A stretch of DNA of 64,000 nt from Ruminococcus sp. UBA4275 (GCA_002395085.1 DGVV01000168.1:60840-124839), one strand, 5' to 3'. Positions 17,315-26,485 are shown, counted from the first letter of the stretch. Made by a program: numbers and translations. Notes: generated by a model not told the origin, from the sequence alone.

Positions 17315-17878
17315 ATGGCAAACTACAACGAGTATGACGAGATTGGCTATGAGGGCACGATTGAGGAGGAAGGCAGTGACTTCGTACTGCTGCCGGAGGG
17401 TGACTACGAATTCACGGTGAACAAGGTCGTTCGTACCCGGCACGAAGCATCTCAGAATCTTCCTGAATGCAACGAGGTTGATGTCGAGCTGACGGTCTGG
17501 GGCGCATCCGACAAGGCCACTATTACAACACGTTTTTACCTCATCCGTAAGTTTGAGTGGAAACTGTCGCAGTTCTTCCGTTCGATCGGGCTCAAAAAGC
17601 ACGGCGAGCCGCTGAACATGCGCTGGAACATCGAGGGGTATCGCGGTAAATGCCGTGTGATCGTCAACAAATTCCAAAGGCGCGACGGAAACGGCGAGGG
17701 GCAGAACAACGAGATCAAAAAGTTTTACGCTCCCGAAGACGATGTACAGACTGTCTCTGCACCGGTGCAGCAGTATCAGGCACCGCCGGCACAGTATCAG
17801 CATCCTGCACAGGGATACCAGCAGCAGACATGGCAGCAGCCGCAGCAGTCCGGCGGCTGGAAGCCGGGGCAGTGGTAA
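17315..17878 (+). CDS. DUF669-like protein (putative ssDNA-binding partner of Sak4)
   Basis: 187 aa. Contains FVLLPEGDYEFTV. The tail is Q-rich. AAAGGAGG RBS. Confidence 0.8.
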   Translation: MANYNEYDEIGYEGTIEEEGSDFVLLPEGDYEFTVNKVVRTRHEASQNLPECNEVDVELTVWGASDKATITTRFYLIRKFEWKLSQFFRSIGLKKHGEPLNMRWNIEGYRGKCRVIVNKFQRRDGNGEGQNNEIKKFYAPEDDVQTVSAPVQQYQAPPAQYQHPAQGYQQQTWQQPQQSGGWKPGQW

Positions 17879-17881
17879 ACA

Positions 17882-19519
17882 ATGGAACTGAGACCGTATC
17901 AGCAGGCGGCACGGGTGGCGGTACAGGACGAGTGGCAGCAAGGCAACACACGCACCCTGCTCGTCCTGCCGACCGGCTGCGGCAAGACCATCGTCTTCGC
18001 CAAGATCACGGAGGACTGCGTGAGACTTGGCGACCGCGTTCTTATCCTTGCACACCGCGGCGAGCTGCTTGACCAGGCTGCTGACAAAATCAAAAAATCA
18101 ACCGGGTTGCAGTGCGCGACAGAAAAGGCAGAGCACTCCTGTCTCGGCTCGTGGTTCCGGATCACGGTTGGCTCGGTACAGTCGATGATGCGTGAGACAC
18201 GCCTGCAAAAGTTCCCGGAGGACTACTTCGACACCATCATCATCGACGAAGCGCATCACGCGATTTCTGACAGCTATCAGCGCGTGCTCGACCATTTTCA
18301 TGATGCAAAGGTGCTCGGCGTCACAGCGACGCCTGACCGCGGCGATATGCGCGAGCTGGGCAATGTCTTTGATTCGCTTGCTTACGAGTACACACTGCCG
18401 CAGGCAATTAAGGATGGCTACCTCTCACCGATCAAGGCGGTGACGATTCCTTTGCAGCTCGACCTTTCCGGCGTTGCGGTGCAGTCAGGCGATTTCAAGC
18501 CAGGTGATCTGGACTGTGCGCTTGAACCGTACCTCGAACAGATTGCACGGGAGATGCAGACATACTGCGCAGACCGCAAGACGGTCGTCTTCCTGCCGCT
18601 CATCAAGACCTCGCAGAAGTTTCGCGACATTCTCAACGGCTTCGGCTTCCGGGCAGCGGAAGTCAACGGCACATCAGAGGACAGAGCTGAGATTCTCGCA
18701 GACTTTGACAGCGGCAAATACAATGTGCTTTGCAATTCGATGCTTTTGACAGAGGGCTGGGACTGCCCGTCTGTTGACTGCGTGATCGTGCTCCGCCCGA
18801 CAAAGGTGCGCTCGCTTTACTGCCAAATGGTCGGACGCGGGACACGGCTCTGCGAGGGCAAGGATCACTTATTGCTGCTGGATTTCCTCTGGCACACGGA
18901 ACGGCATGAGCTGTGCCGCCCTGCGCACCTGATCTGCGATAACAGCGAGGTCGCGGAGAAAATGACCGAGGATCTCGCAGAGCAGGCAGGGTGCGAAATG
19001 GACATCGAAGAAGCGGCACAGGCCGCATCCGATGAGGTGCAGCAGCAGCGCGAGGAAGCACTTGCAAAGAAGCTCGCAGAGTGCAAGAAACGCAAGCGCA
19101 AGCTCGTTGACCCGCTGCAATACGAAATGTCGATCTGCGCGGAGGATCTGAGCGGGTATGTTCCGGCGTTCGGCTGGGAATGCGCACCGCCGACCGAAAA
19201 GCAGAAAGCGATGCTCGAAAAGCGCGGCATCTTCCCGGACGAGATCGAGAGCGCCGGCAAGGCGAAGCTGCTCATTGAGCGTCTGGAAAAGCGCCAGAGT
19301 GCCGGTCTCACGACGCCGAAGCAGATCCGATTCCTCGAATCACGGGGCTTTCAGCACGTCGGCACATGGCAGTTTGAAGCGGCATCAAACATGATTTCCC
19401 GCATCAGCGCAAACAACTGGCAGATTCCGCGCGGCGTCGTACCGGGCGAATACATCCCGCCGGTGGAGGTAGCAAACTATGAACCTTTTGGAGATTTTGG
19501 GACAGCTTCCGGCATCTGA
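17882..19519 (+). CDS. DEAH-box superfamily-2 helicase
   Basis: Motif I PTGCGKT, motif II IIDEAHH, plus helicase-C motifs (LTEGWDCP, QMVGRGTR). Confidence 0.9.
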   Translation: MELRPYQQAARVAVQDEWQQGNTRTLLVLPTGCGKTIVFAKITEDCVRLGDRVLILAHRGELLDQAADKIKKSTGLQCATEKAEHSCLGSWFRITVGSVQSMMRETRLQKFPEDYFDTIIIDEAHHAISDSYQRVLDHFHDAKVLGVTATPDRGDMRELGNVFDSLAYEYTLPQAIKDGYLSPIKAVTIPLQLDLSGVAVQSGDFKPGDLDCALEPYLEQIAREMQTYCADRKTVVFLPLIKTSQKFRDILNGFGFRAAEVNGTSEDRAEILADFDSGKYNVLCNSMLLTEGWDCPSVDCVIVLRPTKVRSLYCQMVGRGTRLCEGKDHLLLLDFLWHTERHELCRPAHLICDNSEVAEKMTEDLAEQAGCEMDIEEAAQAASDEVQQQREEALAKKLAECKKRKRKLVDPLQYEMSICAEDLSGYVPAFGWECAPPTEKQKAMLEKRGIFPDEIESAGKAKLLIERLEKRQSAGLTTPKQIRFLESRGFQHVGTWQFEAASNMISRISANNWQIPRGVVPGEYIPPVEVANYEPFGDFGTASGI

Positions 19520-21698
19520 ATGCACCTATGAAGAATGGGTACAGGTCGGCATGGCGCTGAAGCATGAAGGATATACAGTATCAGACTGGAACACATGGAG
19601 CATGGCAGACAGCCGGTACAAAGCCGGCAATTGCGCGAAAAAGTGGGAGTCGTTCAAGGGCAACGCCGAGCCTGTGACAGCCGGCACAATCGTCCAGATC
19701 GCCAAGGATCACGGCTGGACGCCGCCGCACAGCGGAAACAGCTACAGCGATGACTATACGCAGATTGACTATGAGGGTATCATCTCATACGAGGGAGAGG
19801 CGGAGCCGGTCAAGAAAAGACCGGTCTCCCGCGATCCCGTCAGCGAAATCATCAAGTATCTGCGGGCGCGTTTTGAGCCGGACGACTACATCGGATATGT
19901 CACCAGCGTTTACGAGACGGACGGCAAGCTTGCACCGACACGCGGCAGCTGGGGACGCACCGCCGGGCAGATCATCGACCTGCTTGAAAAGTGCAAAGGC
20001 GACATCGGCAGCGTGCTCGGTGATGCTGACCCGCGCGCCGGCGCATGGATCCGTGTGAACCCGCTCGACGGCAAGGGCATCAAGGACGAAAATGTCACCG
20101 ATTACCGCTATGTGCTGGTCGAGTCGGACAGTCTGACAATCGAGCAGCAAAACGTCCTCATGCGCGAGCTGGCACTGCCGATCGTCACGCTGACGCACAC
20201 CGGCGGCAAGTCGCTCCATGCGATCTGTCACATCGACGCAGGAAACAACCGAGAGTTGTACCGCCAGCGCGTCGCGTATATGTTTGATGTCTGCGAGAAA
20301 AACGGTCTGAAGATTGACAAGAACTGCAAGAATCCGTCACGCCTGACCAGACTGCCGGGCTTTCAGCGCGGCGAAAACTGGCAGTACCTCGTAGACACCA
20401 ACATCGGCAAGGCATCGTTTGAGGAGTGGAAAGACTACATCGAGGAGATCACCGACGATCTGCCGGACGAGATCAGCTATGACGAAATGAAGGATCATCT
20501 TCCGCCGCTGCGTCCGGCTCTGATCGATGGCGTGCTCCGCTGCGGACACAAGATGCTGCTCGCCGGGCCGTCAAAAGCCGGCAAGTCGTTCTCGCTGATT
20601 TCTCTTGCGATCGCGATCGCGGAGGGCGGCGAATGGCTCGGCTTCCGGTGCAGGCAGGGCAAAGTGCTGTATATCAATCTGGAGCTCGACGAGGCAAGCT
20701 GCTGGAACCGCATCGCGGAAGTCTACAAGGCAAACGGCGTCGAGGCGAAAAACGCAAAGAATCTCACTGTTTGGAACTTGCGCGGACGGTCGATGCCAAT
20801 GGACAAACTCGCACCGTCGATGATCCGCAGAGCAAAGAAAGCCGGATACACAGCAATCATCCTGGATCCGATCTATAAGGTGATCACCGGCGACGAAAAC
20901 AGTGCCGAGCAGATGTCACATTTTTGCAATGTGTTTGACCGGATCTGCCGTGACGCAAACTGCGCAATGATCTACTGCCACCACCACAGCAAGGGTATGC
21001 AGGGCGGTAAGAAGTCCATGGACAGAGCATCCGGTTCCGGCGTCTTCGCGCGAGATCCAGACGCGCTGCTGGATATGATCGAGCTGCCGGTTTCCGAACA
21101 GCTGCGCAAGACGCGCGAAGACAAAGCCGTCTGCGCGGTATGCAAGGAGTGGCTGCAACGGTTTCTCGGCGATCGCTACGGCGACACAGTCTCTCTCGAC
21201 GACGAGCAGAGCCGCTCCCGCATGATGGAACACTGCCGGAACTACCTGAAATCCAACAGCATGACGCTGATGCAGAAGGAGATCCAGCGGGCATCGGCGA
21301 TGGTGAGCAGTCAGACAGCATGGCGTATCGAAGGCACGCTCCGAGAGTTCCCACGCTTCCAGTCTGTGAACGTGTGGTTCGAGTGGCCGCGCCACATCAT
21401 CGACCAGACCGGCGCGCTGAAGGACGTCAATCCGGACGCGACGTGGCAGCAGAATTTCCCGAAGCGGAAAACCAACGAAGAACGGAAGCAGGAACGCAAA
21501 GACGGCATCATGACAGCATTCTCCAGCGCAGCCGATCAGAACGGCGAAGCCGATATAAAAGACATCATGACATATCTCGGAGTGTCCGAAAATACCGTCC
21601 GAAGCCGCCTGAAAGAACACGGTGGTTTCTGGTTCGGAGACGGCAAATGCGGTCTCAAGGCAAGCTCAAAAATCGGTGATTTGAGCTCTGATGTGTGA
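19479..21698 (+). CDS. Bifunctional primase-polymerase / RepA-like (AAA_25) replicative helicase with a C-terminal HTH
   Basis: 739 aa. It has an N-terminal PriCT-like segment, the P-loop LLAGPSKAGKSF, the Walker B ILDPIY, and the C-terminal segment IMTYLGVSENTVRSRLKE. Confidence 0.9.
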   Translation: MNLLEILGQLPASECTYEEWVQVGMALKHEGYTVSDWNTWSMADSRYKAGNCAKKWESFKGNAEPVTAGTIVQIAKDHGWTPPHSGNSYSDDYTQIDYEGIISYEGEAEPVKKRPVSRDPVSEIIKYLRARFEPDDYIGYVTSVYETDGKLAPTRGSWGRTAGQIIDLLEKCKGDIGSVLGDADPRAGAWIRVNPLDGKGIKDENVTDYRYVLVESDSLTIEQQNVLMRELALPIVTLTHTGGKSLHAICHIDAGNNRELYRQRVAYMFDVCEKNGLKIDKNCKNPSRLTRLPGFQRGENWQYLVDTNIGKASFEEWKDYIEEITDDLPDEISYDEMKDHLPPLRPALIDGVLRCGHKMLLAGPSKAGKSFSLISLAIAIAEGGEWLGFRCRQGKVLYINLELDEASCWNRIAEVYKANGVEAKNAKNLTVWNLRGRSMPMDKLAPSMIRRAKKAGYTAIILDPIYKVITGDENSAEQMSHFCNVFDRICRDANCAMIYCHHHSKGMQGGKKSMDRASGSGVFARDPDALLDMIELPVSEQLRKTREDKAVCAVCKEWLQRFLGDRYGDTVSLDDEQSRSRMMEHCRNYLKSNSMTLMQKEIQRASAMVSSQTAWRIEGTLREFPRFQSVNVWFEWPRHIIDQTGALKDVNPDATWQQNFPKRKTNEERKQERKDGIMTAFSSAADQNGEADIKDIMTYLGVSENTVRSRLKEHGGFWFGDGKCGLKASSKIGDLSSDV

Positions 21699-21866
21699 GC
21701 TCAAAAATCGGCATTTTACCGATATTTGCGCTAAGCAAAAAAAAAGGCGATTTACCGATATTTGAGCTAAGAGATCAAAAAAGGGAAAAACACCGATATT
21801 TGAGCTTTGAGCTCAAACCGTATATATATTTATATATATTTTTTGGGCTTGAGAGCGCCCAAAAAA
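21663..21866. repeat. Putative phage replication origin: iterons plus a 24-nt pure A/T tract and flanking hairpin
   Basis: Direct copies of ACCGATATTTG(A/C)GCT at 21718, 21754 and 21792. Inverted copies AGCTCAAA(AA)(T)CGG at 21663, 21698 and 21810. The A/T tract is 21821-21844 and the hairpin TTTTTTGGGC..GCCCAAAAAA is 21839-21866. Confidence 0.6.
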
Positions 21867-21919
21867 ATATTGCATAAATATCCGCGCTACCAGACCGGCG
21901 CGCAGAATGGAGCGACGCT

Positions 21920-22084
21920 ATGACTGAAACGCAGGCGATCGAAGTGCATCATGTACTTAACGTGATCGACAAATTTCTTGAGTTGCAGCGGCTGCTTGAC
22001 GGACTGACGGAATCCGAGCTTGATCTTTTGAAACGGACTTTGAAATACTGCAAGGAGCAAAAAGGAGAGGTGAGCAATGACTGA
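21920..22084 (+). CDS. Small hypothetical protein (54 aa)
   Basis: Below the ORF-track size cut-off. The sequence is MTETQAIEVHHVLNVIDKFLELQRLLDGLTESELDLLKRTLKYCKEQKGEVSND. A GGAG lies 7 nt upstream and the stop overlaps the RusA start. Confidence 0.45.
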   Translation: MTETQAIEVHHVLNVIDKFLELQRLLDGLTESELDLLKRTLKYCKEQKGEVSND

Positions 22085-22643
22085 GTTCTTCATGCCGATG
22101 ATCCCGCCGACTGCGACGAAGCAAGCCCGCGGGTGGGGGAAGACGAAGTCCGGCAAGGTGATCTCATACGACAGAGCGAATGCCGCAACAGAGGGGAAGT
22201 TGACTTCCTATCTTGCACAGCACATCCCGCCGAAGCCGTACACCGGAGCGATCCGCCTGACCGTCAAGTGGATGTTTCCGCTCAAGGGCAAGCACTACGA
22301 CGGCGAGTGGTACACAAACAAGCCGGATTACGACAACTTGCCGAAAGCGATGAATGACATCATGACGAAGCTCGGCTACTGGAAAGACGACTGCATCATC
22401 GCGTCCGGCATCACGGAAAAGTTCTGGTCAGCGACGCCTGGCATCTATGTCCGGATCGAAGAACTGAAGCCGAGTTGTGTCAAGAGGTCTGGATGCTATG
22501 TCTGCCAGTATGGTGACTGGGGTGCTGACGGATGCACTTGCAAGCTGGATGGGCTGCTTGTCCGGGATCCGCGGCGCGGCTGCGAGTGCCAAGCTGGGGA
22601 GGAGGTAAACGAAGATGCCGAAAGCGATACTGAAGAACCTTGA
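22077..22643 (+). CDS. rusA: RusA-family Holliday-junction resolvase with a Cys-rich acidic C-terminal extension
   Basis: The RusA pattern is MIPPTATKQ...KPDYDNLPKAMNDIMTKLGYWKDDCII. It is followed by CVKRSGCYVCQYGDWGADGCTCK...GCECQ. Confidence 0.85.
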   Translation: MTEFFMPMIPPTATKQARGWGKTKSGKVISYDRANAATEGKLTSYLAQHIPPKPYTGAIRLTVKWMFPLKGKHYDGEWYTNKPDYDNLPKAMNDIMTKLGYWKDDCIIASGITEKFWSATPGIYVRIEELKPSCVKRSGCYVCQYGDWGADGCTCKLDGLLVRDPRRGCECQAGEEVNEDAESDTEEP

Positions 22644-22947
22644 TTCAGGTCAGCTTGAAATGATGTGGTCGATGCTGAAACTCGGAGGGCTGAAAGCAAG
22701 CACACATGATGTGCAAGCAATGATTAACAGCGCCGACTACATCCGGCAAGCACTGATTCAGAAAACAGGCGGGCAAAGGTCAGATGACCCGAACGGATAT
22801 GTTGACTTTGACGATCTGCAAACGCACATAAACATTCTTGTATGCGCCTGTTTGTCATTACGAGCAAGCGGAGTGCTTGAAAAAATGGCGGAGATCATGG
22901 AAATGGAGGGCGAAAATGGACAAAGCAAAAATCCTGCGGCTGTTTGA
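22615..22947 (+). CDS. Hypothetical phage protein
   Basis: 110-aa ORF in the same-strand operon. Confidence 0.55.
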   Translation: MPKAILKNLDSGQLEMMWSMLKLGGLKASTHDVQAMINSADYIRQALIQKTGGQRSDDPNGYVDFDDLQTHINILVCACLSLRASGVLEKMAEIMEMEGENGQSKNPAAV

Positions 22948-23257
22948 TGAAGCTGACGATATTGTAAGCGCATTATACAGGCAAGGTGCAAATAAAGATT
23001 ACAAGTGCAAATCGCTGCGTGAAAAGCTGAAAGAAATCGCCGCAGAGATCAGCGCACCGCCGAAAACGAACGCAGACCGCATCCGTCAGATGACGGATGA
23101 AGAACTTGCAGATTTTATCAATGATGTTACGGACTGCTGCTCTGACGGGGATATCTGCGAAAAATGCCCGCTGAATTCAGTTGGAGAACACTGCAATATT
23201 TTTACGTTTGAAAAATGGCTTGAACAGGAGGTGAGCGAAGATGCCGGAACTGATTGA
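22916..23257 (+). CDS. Hypothetical protein with a C-terminal Cys cluster
   Basis: The start was moved to ATG 22916, which follows GGAGGG. The cluster is DCCSDGDICEKCPLNSVGEHC. Confidence 0.6.
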   Translation: MDKAKILRLFDEADDIVSALYRQGANKDYKCKSLREKLKEIAAEISAPPKTNADRIRQMTDEELADFINDVTDCCSDGDICEKCPLNSVGEHCNIFTFEKWLEQEVSEDAGTD

Positions 23258-23627
23258 CAAAAAGCGTACAGAAGCGAAAGTTTTTCTGATTGCGAGACTT
23301 TTTATAGATCGTCCTGATCGAGAGATTGAACTTGTGAAGGCTGTTATCCACAGATGCTGCGAAGAAATAGATAAGCAGCCCGCAATCGAGCCGGAAGTGC
23401 GGCACGGGCGGTGGGTTCCGCAAGAAAGCGGTCGCTATAAATGCTCTCGGTGTGGGCATGAAGTTGAAATTACGGTGTCTGAGTTGGTAGACCCCCGCGA
23501 TTACGGGTGCTATCTCGACGATTATTGCGGGGGCTGCGGCGCGAAGATGTACGCTGACGGCGAAACGATCAGCAAAGAACGATTCGCAGAAATAATGGGA
23601 GGTGCTGACAATGGACGGTGCAACTGA
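23241..23627 (+). CDS. Zinc-ribbon protein
   Basis: Contains CSRCGH ... CGGCGAKM. Confidence 0.65.
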   Translation: MPELIDKKRTEAKVFLIARLFIDRPDREIELVKAVIHRCCEEIDKQPAIEPEVRHGRWVPQESGRYKCSRCGHEVEITVSELVDPRDYGCYLDDYCGGCGAKMYADGETISKERFAEIMGGADNGRCN

Positions 23628-24024
23628 CAATTACATGCCGAAAGAAAAATACATCCCTGCAAGTGCGCTACACATGGCGATTGTCATGGTGAATGCTGCG
23701 GATCAGTGTGATCAAGCAGGGAGCTGGGACAGAGAGCACCGGAATGCTTGCCGGCATATCCTCGAATGGATGGATTCCGAAGATTATGCGGTTACCTGCG
23801 CAAAAGCTGATGCGGAAACAGATGTGATCCCGATTCGGGAAGCTCGGCTGAGACAGGAATGCACAGGACAGTGGTGTGAAATACGGAGATTCCGCGAGAA
23901 CGGCGTCGAAATGGCACTGTACCAATGCACTTGCTGCGGACACAAAATCGAACGCCGGCGTAGATACGTTCCGCCGTATTGTGAATCGTGCGGCGCATCT
24001 ATGAAAGGGGTTGTATACCGATGA
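23611..24024 (+). CDS. Zinc-ribbon protein
   Basis: The start was moved to ATG 23611, which follows GGGAGGTG. Contains CTCCGHK ... CESCGAS. Confidence 0.65.
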   Translation: MDGATDNYMPKEKYIPASALHMAIVMVNAADQCDQAGSWDREHRNACRHILEWMDSEDYAVTCAKADAETDVIPIREARLRQECTGQWCEIRRFRENGVEMALYQCTCCGHKIERRRRYVPPYCESCGASMKGVVYR

Positions 24025-24536
24025 CAAAACATGACTGCGCTGTGATTATGGCGTATACCGGTGCTATTATGCTGACTGGTGATGATACAAAGATCTTTTA
24101 CGAGTACATCACGCGCTTAATGGGCAAGCCGATCTACTCGCACGAGTTGCCGGAGTACGAGGACGAGATCAAGAAGAGAGCAAAATCCGATTTTATCGAG
24201 ATTTGCAAATCGGCAGGCGACGCGCCGGACTGGATCCTATGCAGCGACCATCTGCCGGACAGAGATACACTTGCAGTGTTCGTCAGCTTCGAGCCTTGGA
24301 TATTTCCGAATCATCCGTGGGGCTGCTTCCCGCATATCGGCCACAGATACGGCAATCAGTGGCAGGACATTCAGACAGGTGCGGTATTTGACGATGGCGA
24401 CAACAAGTGCATAGTGACACACTGGTTTCCGTTTCCGGATTTCCCGTCTTCCGGCGTACCGTCGGTAAGCCCGCTTGATTTCCTCTCTGCGGAGTGGGAA
24501 AGGAAGCATCCGCAGCAATTCCAGTTCCAAGAATGA
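24021..24536 (+). CDS. DUF551-like protein
   Basis: The start was moved to ATG 24021. The C-terminal half (WILCSDHLPD...VTHWFPFPDFP) resembles the DUF551 pattern. Confidence 0.7.
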   Translation: MTKHDCAVIMAYTGAIMLTGDDTKIFYEYITRLMGKPIYSHELPEYEDEIKKRAKSDFIEICKSAGDAPDWILCSDHLPDRDTLAVFVSFEPWIFPNHPWGCFPHIGHRYGNQWQDIQTGAVFDDGDNKCIVTHWFPFPDFPSSGVPSVSPLDFLSAEWERKHPQQFQFQE

Positions 24537-24546
24537 GGTGATCAGC

Positions 24547-24945
24547 ATGGATATTTCGGAGGTCAAGCAAAACCTCGGACGGCGGGTGCAGGTGAGAGAT
24601 GATCGCCTGATGCTGGACGGAGAGTACATCCTCACAGGCTGCATCATCCGGCGAGATGACAAGTTTGGATTTTACTATCAGGTCGAGCTGACGAAAGACC
24701 ATGCGGTCACAATTACCGGCATCGGCAATATTACCGCGATTGACCCCGCTCCGCCGGAAAAGACTGTAAGCAGACATTCCGCAAACATTGCAAGCGATAT
24801 GCTTGAAGGATACCGAAACCGTCTGTTTATCACCGACAATCCGGATGAGATTCCGCTGCTGTATTCCGGCGCACTGTTTCAACTTCGGCAGATCGTCGAT
24901 TATGCCAGAGGGCGGCTCGCGAAGAAAGAAGGCGGCAGCGGATGA
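24547..24945 (+). CDS. Hypothetical phage protein
   Basis: The start was moved to ATG 24547, which follows GAGGTG. Confidence 0.6.
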   Translation: MDISEVKQNLGRRVQVRDDRLMLDGEYILTGCIIRRDDKFGFYYQVELTKDHAVTITGIGNITAIDPAPPEKTVSRHSANIASDMLEGYRNRLFITDNPDEIPLLYSGALFQLRQIVDYARGRLAKKEGGSG

Positions 24946-25463
24946 CGGATGCGGAGTACAGTGCGATCGCGGCATTCATCGTTTCGTTTTTCGCGTGGGT
25001 GGCATGGACGGCAATTCGCCGCCCGCCGCCCGCTCAAGAACCGCAGGAGGATCCTGAAGACGAGCCGGATGACTTTGAGTTTCTGACAGTCCGCGAACAG
25101 ATCGCCGCAGTGAAATGCACATCGGATCAGCTCGGCGATCTCGAACAGCTCCGCACCGACATGGATATGTGCAATGCGGATGATGTGTCTGTCGTGCATC
25201 TTGAATGGCTCGGCCGCGATAACGCGAAACATGAATATGATCTATTCTGCACCGGCGACAACACTGCGACCGACTGCCTGAAGCTGATAACTGAGCGCGA
25301 GATTCACGACCTGAGAAGCATCCTCGCTTTTCAGTGCGTCACGCTGACGGAGCGGGTGCGGAGTAGAAAAAACGATCGAAAAAACATAGCCGATATGATA
25401 GGGGATGAGAGCGATGCTATACAAACAATGCGTGATCTGTGGGAAGCCGATTGCGACAGCTGA
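24942..25463 (+). CDS. Hypothetical membrane-anchored protein
   Basis: N-terminal TM segment IAAFIVSFFAWVAWTAI. ATGA overlap with the upstream stop. Confidence 0.6.
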   Translation: MTDAEYSAIAAFIVSFFAWVAWTAIRRPPPAQEPQEDPEDEPDDFEFLTVREQIAAVKCTSDQLGDLEQLRTDMDMCNADDVSVVHLEWLGRDNAKHEYDLFCTGDNTATDCLKLITEREIHDLRSILAFQCVTLTERVRSRKNDRKNIADMIGDESDAIQTMRDLWEADCDS

Positions 25464-25689
25464 CTGGTATGCCTATATCAGGCTGAAATACTGCAAACAC
25501 TGTGCGGCAGAAGCGGCACGACAGCAAAAAGCGGACTATGCGCGGGAGCTCCGCCGGAAGACGCGGGAACAGAACGCCCTCACGCGGGAGCTGTGCCGGA
25601 ATCAGCAGCAGGAAATTGAGCTGCTCCGGCAGGTGGTACAGCGGCAGCGCGAGCGCCTGCGCGTTCTGGAAAAGGAGGCTGGAAAGTGA
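25414..25689 (+). CDS. Zinc-ribbon plus basic coiled-coil protein
   Basis: Contains CVICGK ... CKHC followed by an R/Q/E-rich helix. The start is 25405 or 25414. Confidence 0.6.
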   Translation: MLYKQCVICGKPIATADWYAYIRLKYCKHCAAEAARQQKADYARELRRKTREQNALTRELCRNQQQEIELLRQVVQRQRERLRVLEKEAGK

Positions 25690-26012
25690 TGAGAAAATCA
25701 AGCACCGGCAAACGGTACGAAAAGCACTGTGCGCGGAAGATGCGCTGGCGGGGCTGGCTGTTCGTCCGGCGGATCGGCGGTGCAGGTGACTTCGGCGCGG
25801 ACATTATCGCGCGGGGTTTCCTGCTGAGCAAGATTGTGGTGCAGTGCAAGCACTACGCCAGACCGGTCGGCGTTAAGGCCGTGCAGGAAGTGTGTGCGGC
25901 ACGGCTGTACTACGGTGCAAGCCGGGCTGCTGTGGCGACTAACAGCACTTTCACGCGGGGCGCAAGAAAGCTGGCGCAGAGATGCGGGGTGGAATTATGG
26001 CAGCGGTATTAA
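25686..26012 (+). CDS. Minimal Mrr-type restriction-endonuclease-fold nuclease (Mrr_cat domain only)
   Basis: 108 aa. The sequence GKRYEKHCARKMRWRGW...GDFGADIIA...IVVQCKHYARPVGVKAVQEV...AAVATNSTFTRGARKLA matches the PD-(D/E)xK Mrr_cat pattern (D, then QCK). Confidence 0.8.
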   Translation: MMRKSSTGKRYEKHCARKMRWRGWLFVRRIGGAGDFGADIIARGFLLSKIVVQCKHYARPVGVKAVQEVCAARLYYGASRAAVATNSTFTRGARKLAQRCGVELWQRY

Positions 26013-26287
26013 AGCACTGTAAAACTTGCGGCAGAATTTTTGCGGTCGATTCTCCGCGGTATGCTGCCGTGTACTGCTCCGATGCTTGCCGCGTCAAGTG
26101 GCGCCGGGAGACTCAGCGCCGGAAGATGCGTTTGCAATACGTTCCGCGCGCACCGCACGAGATCATCTGCAAAAAATGCGGCAAGCCGTTTCTCGGACGC
26201 TGGAACGCGGGGTACTGCCCCGGATGCCTGTCTGACGGATCCGCATACATGAATAAATTGCGCGGCGCAAGGACGGTGGATCCATGA
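25997..26287 (+). CDS. Double zinc-ribbon protein
   Basis: Contains CKTCGR..CSDAC and CKKCGK..CPGC. It overlaps the end of the nuclease gene. Confidence 0.6.
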   Translation: MAAVLKHCKTCGRIFAVDSPRYAAVYCSDACRVKWRRETQRRKMRLQYVPRAPHEIICKKCGKPFLGRWNAGYCPGCLSDGSAYMNKLRGARTVDP

Positions 26288-26478
26288 AGGGACAGGCGCC
26301 GTGCAAGGATTGCGAGTGCCGAACAGTATCGTGCCACGCATCCTGCGAGAAGTACAAGGTGTACCGCGCTGAGCTCGACGAGCTGAAGCGTCAGCGGGAG
26401 CATGAATCAGAGCACGCCGGGTACTGCCGGAATCTGCGGCTGTTCGTCTTCAAGAAATCGCGCAGCCGGGAAAGGTAG
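26284..26478 (+). CDS. Small Cys-rich protein
   Basis: Contains PCKDCECRTVSCHASCEKY. ATGA overlap with the upstream stop. Confidence 0.55.
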   Translation: MKGQAPCKDCECRTVSCHASCEKYKVYRAELDELKRQREHESEHAGYCRNLRLFVFKKSRSRER

Positions 26479-26485
26479 GAACTGT

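Noticed and set aside
16179-17321. Long antisense ORFs opposite well-supported genes. Examples are 16179-17321, 40253-41512, 34533-35495, 49080-50417, 50490-51710, 52478-53959, 37718-38362 and 20916-21620.
   Set aside because: They lack RBSs and their translations are R/C/H/L-rich with no motifs. Each lies opposite an ORF with clear domain signatures. These are typical shadow ORFs of GC-rich coding DNA.
21663-21866. Possible CRISPR array, because of the short direct repeats.
   Set aside because: There are only three direct copies of about 15 nt. Spacers are irregular at 21-23 nt, inverted copies are interspersed, and no cas genes are present. It is not CRISPR-like.
21695-21877. 60-aa ORF across the iteron region.
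   Set aside because: Its sequence (…GILPIFAL…GDLPIFEL…RYLSFEL…) merely reflects translation of the DNA repeats. It has no RBS. The region is better explained as an origin of replication.
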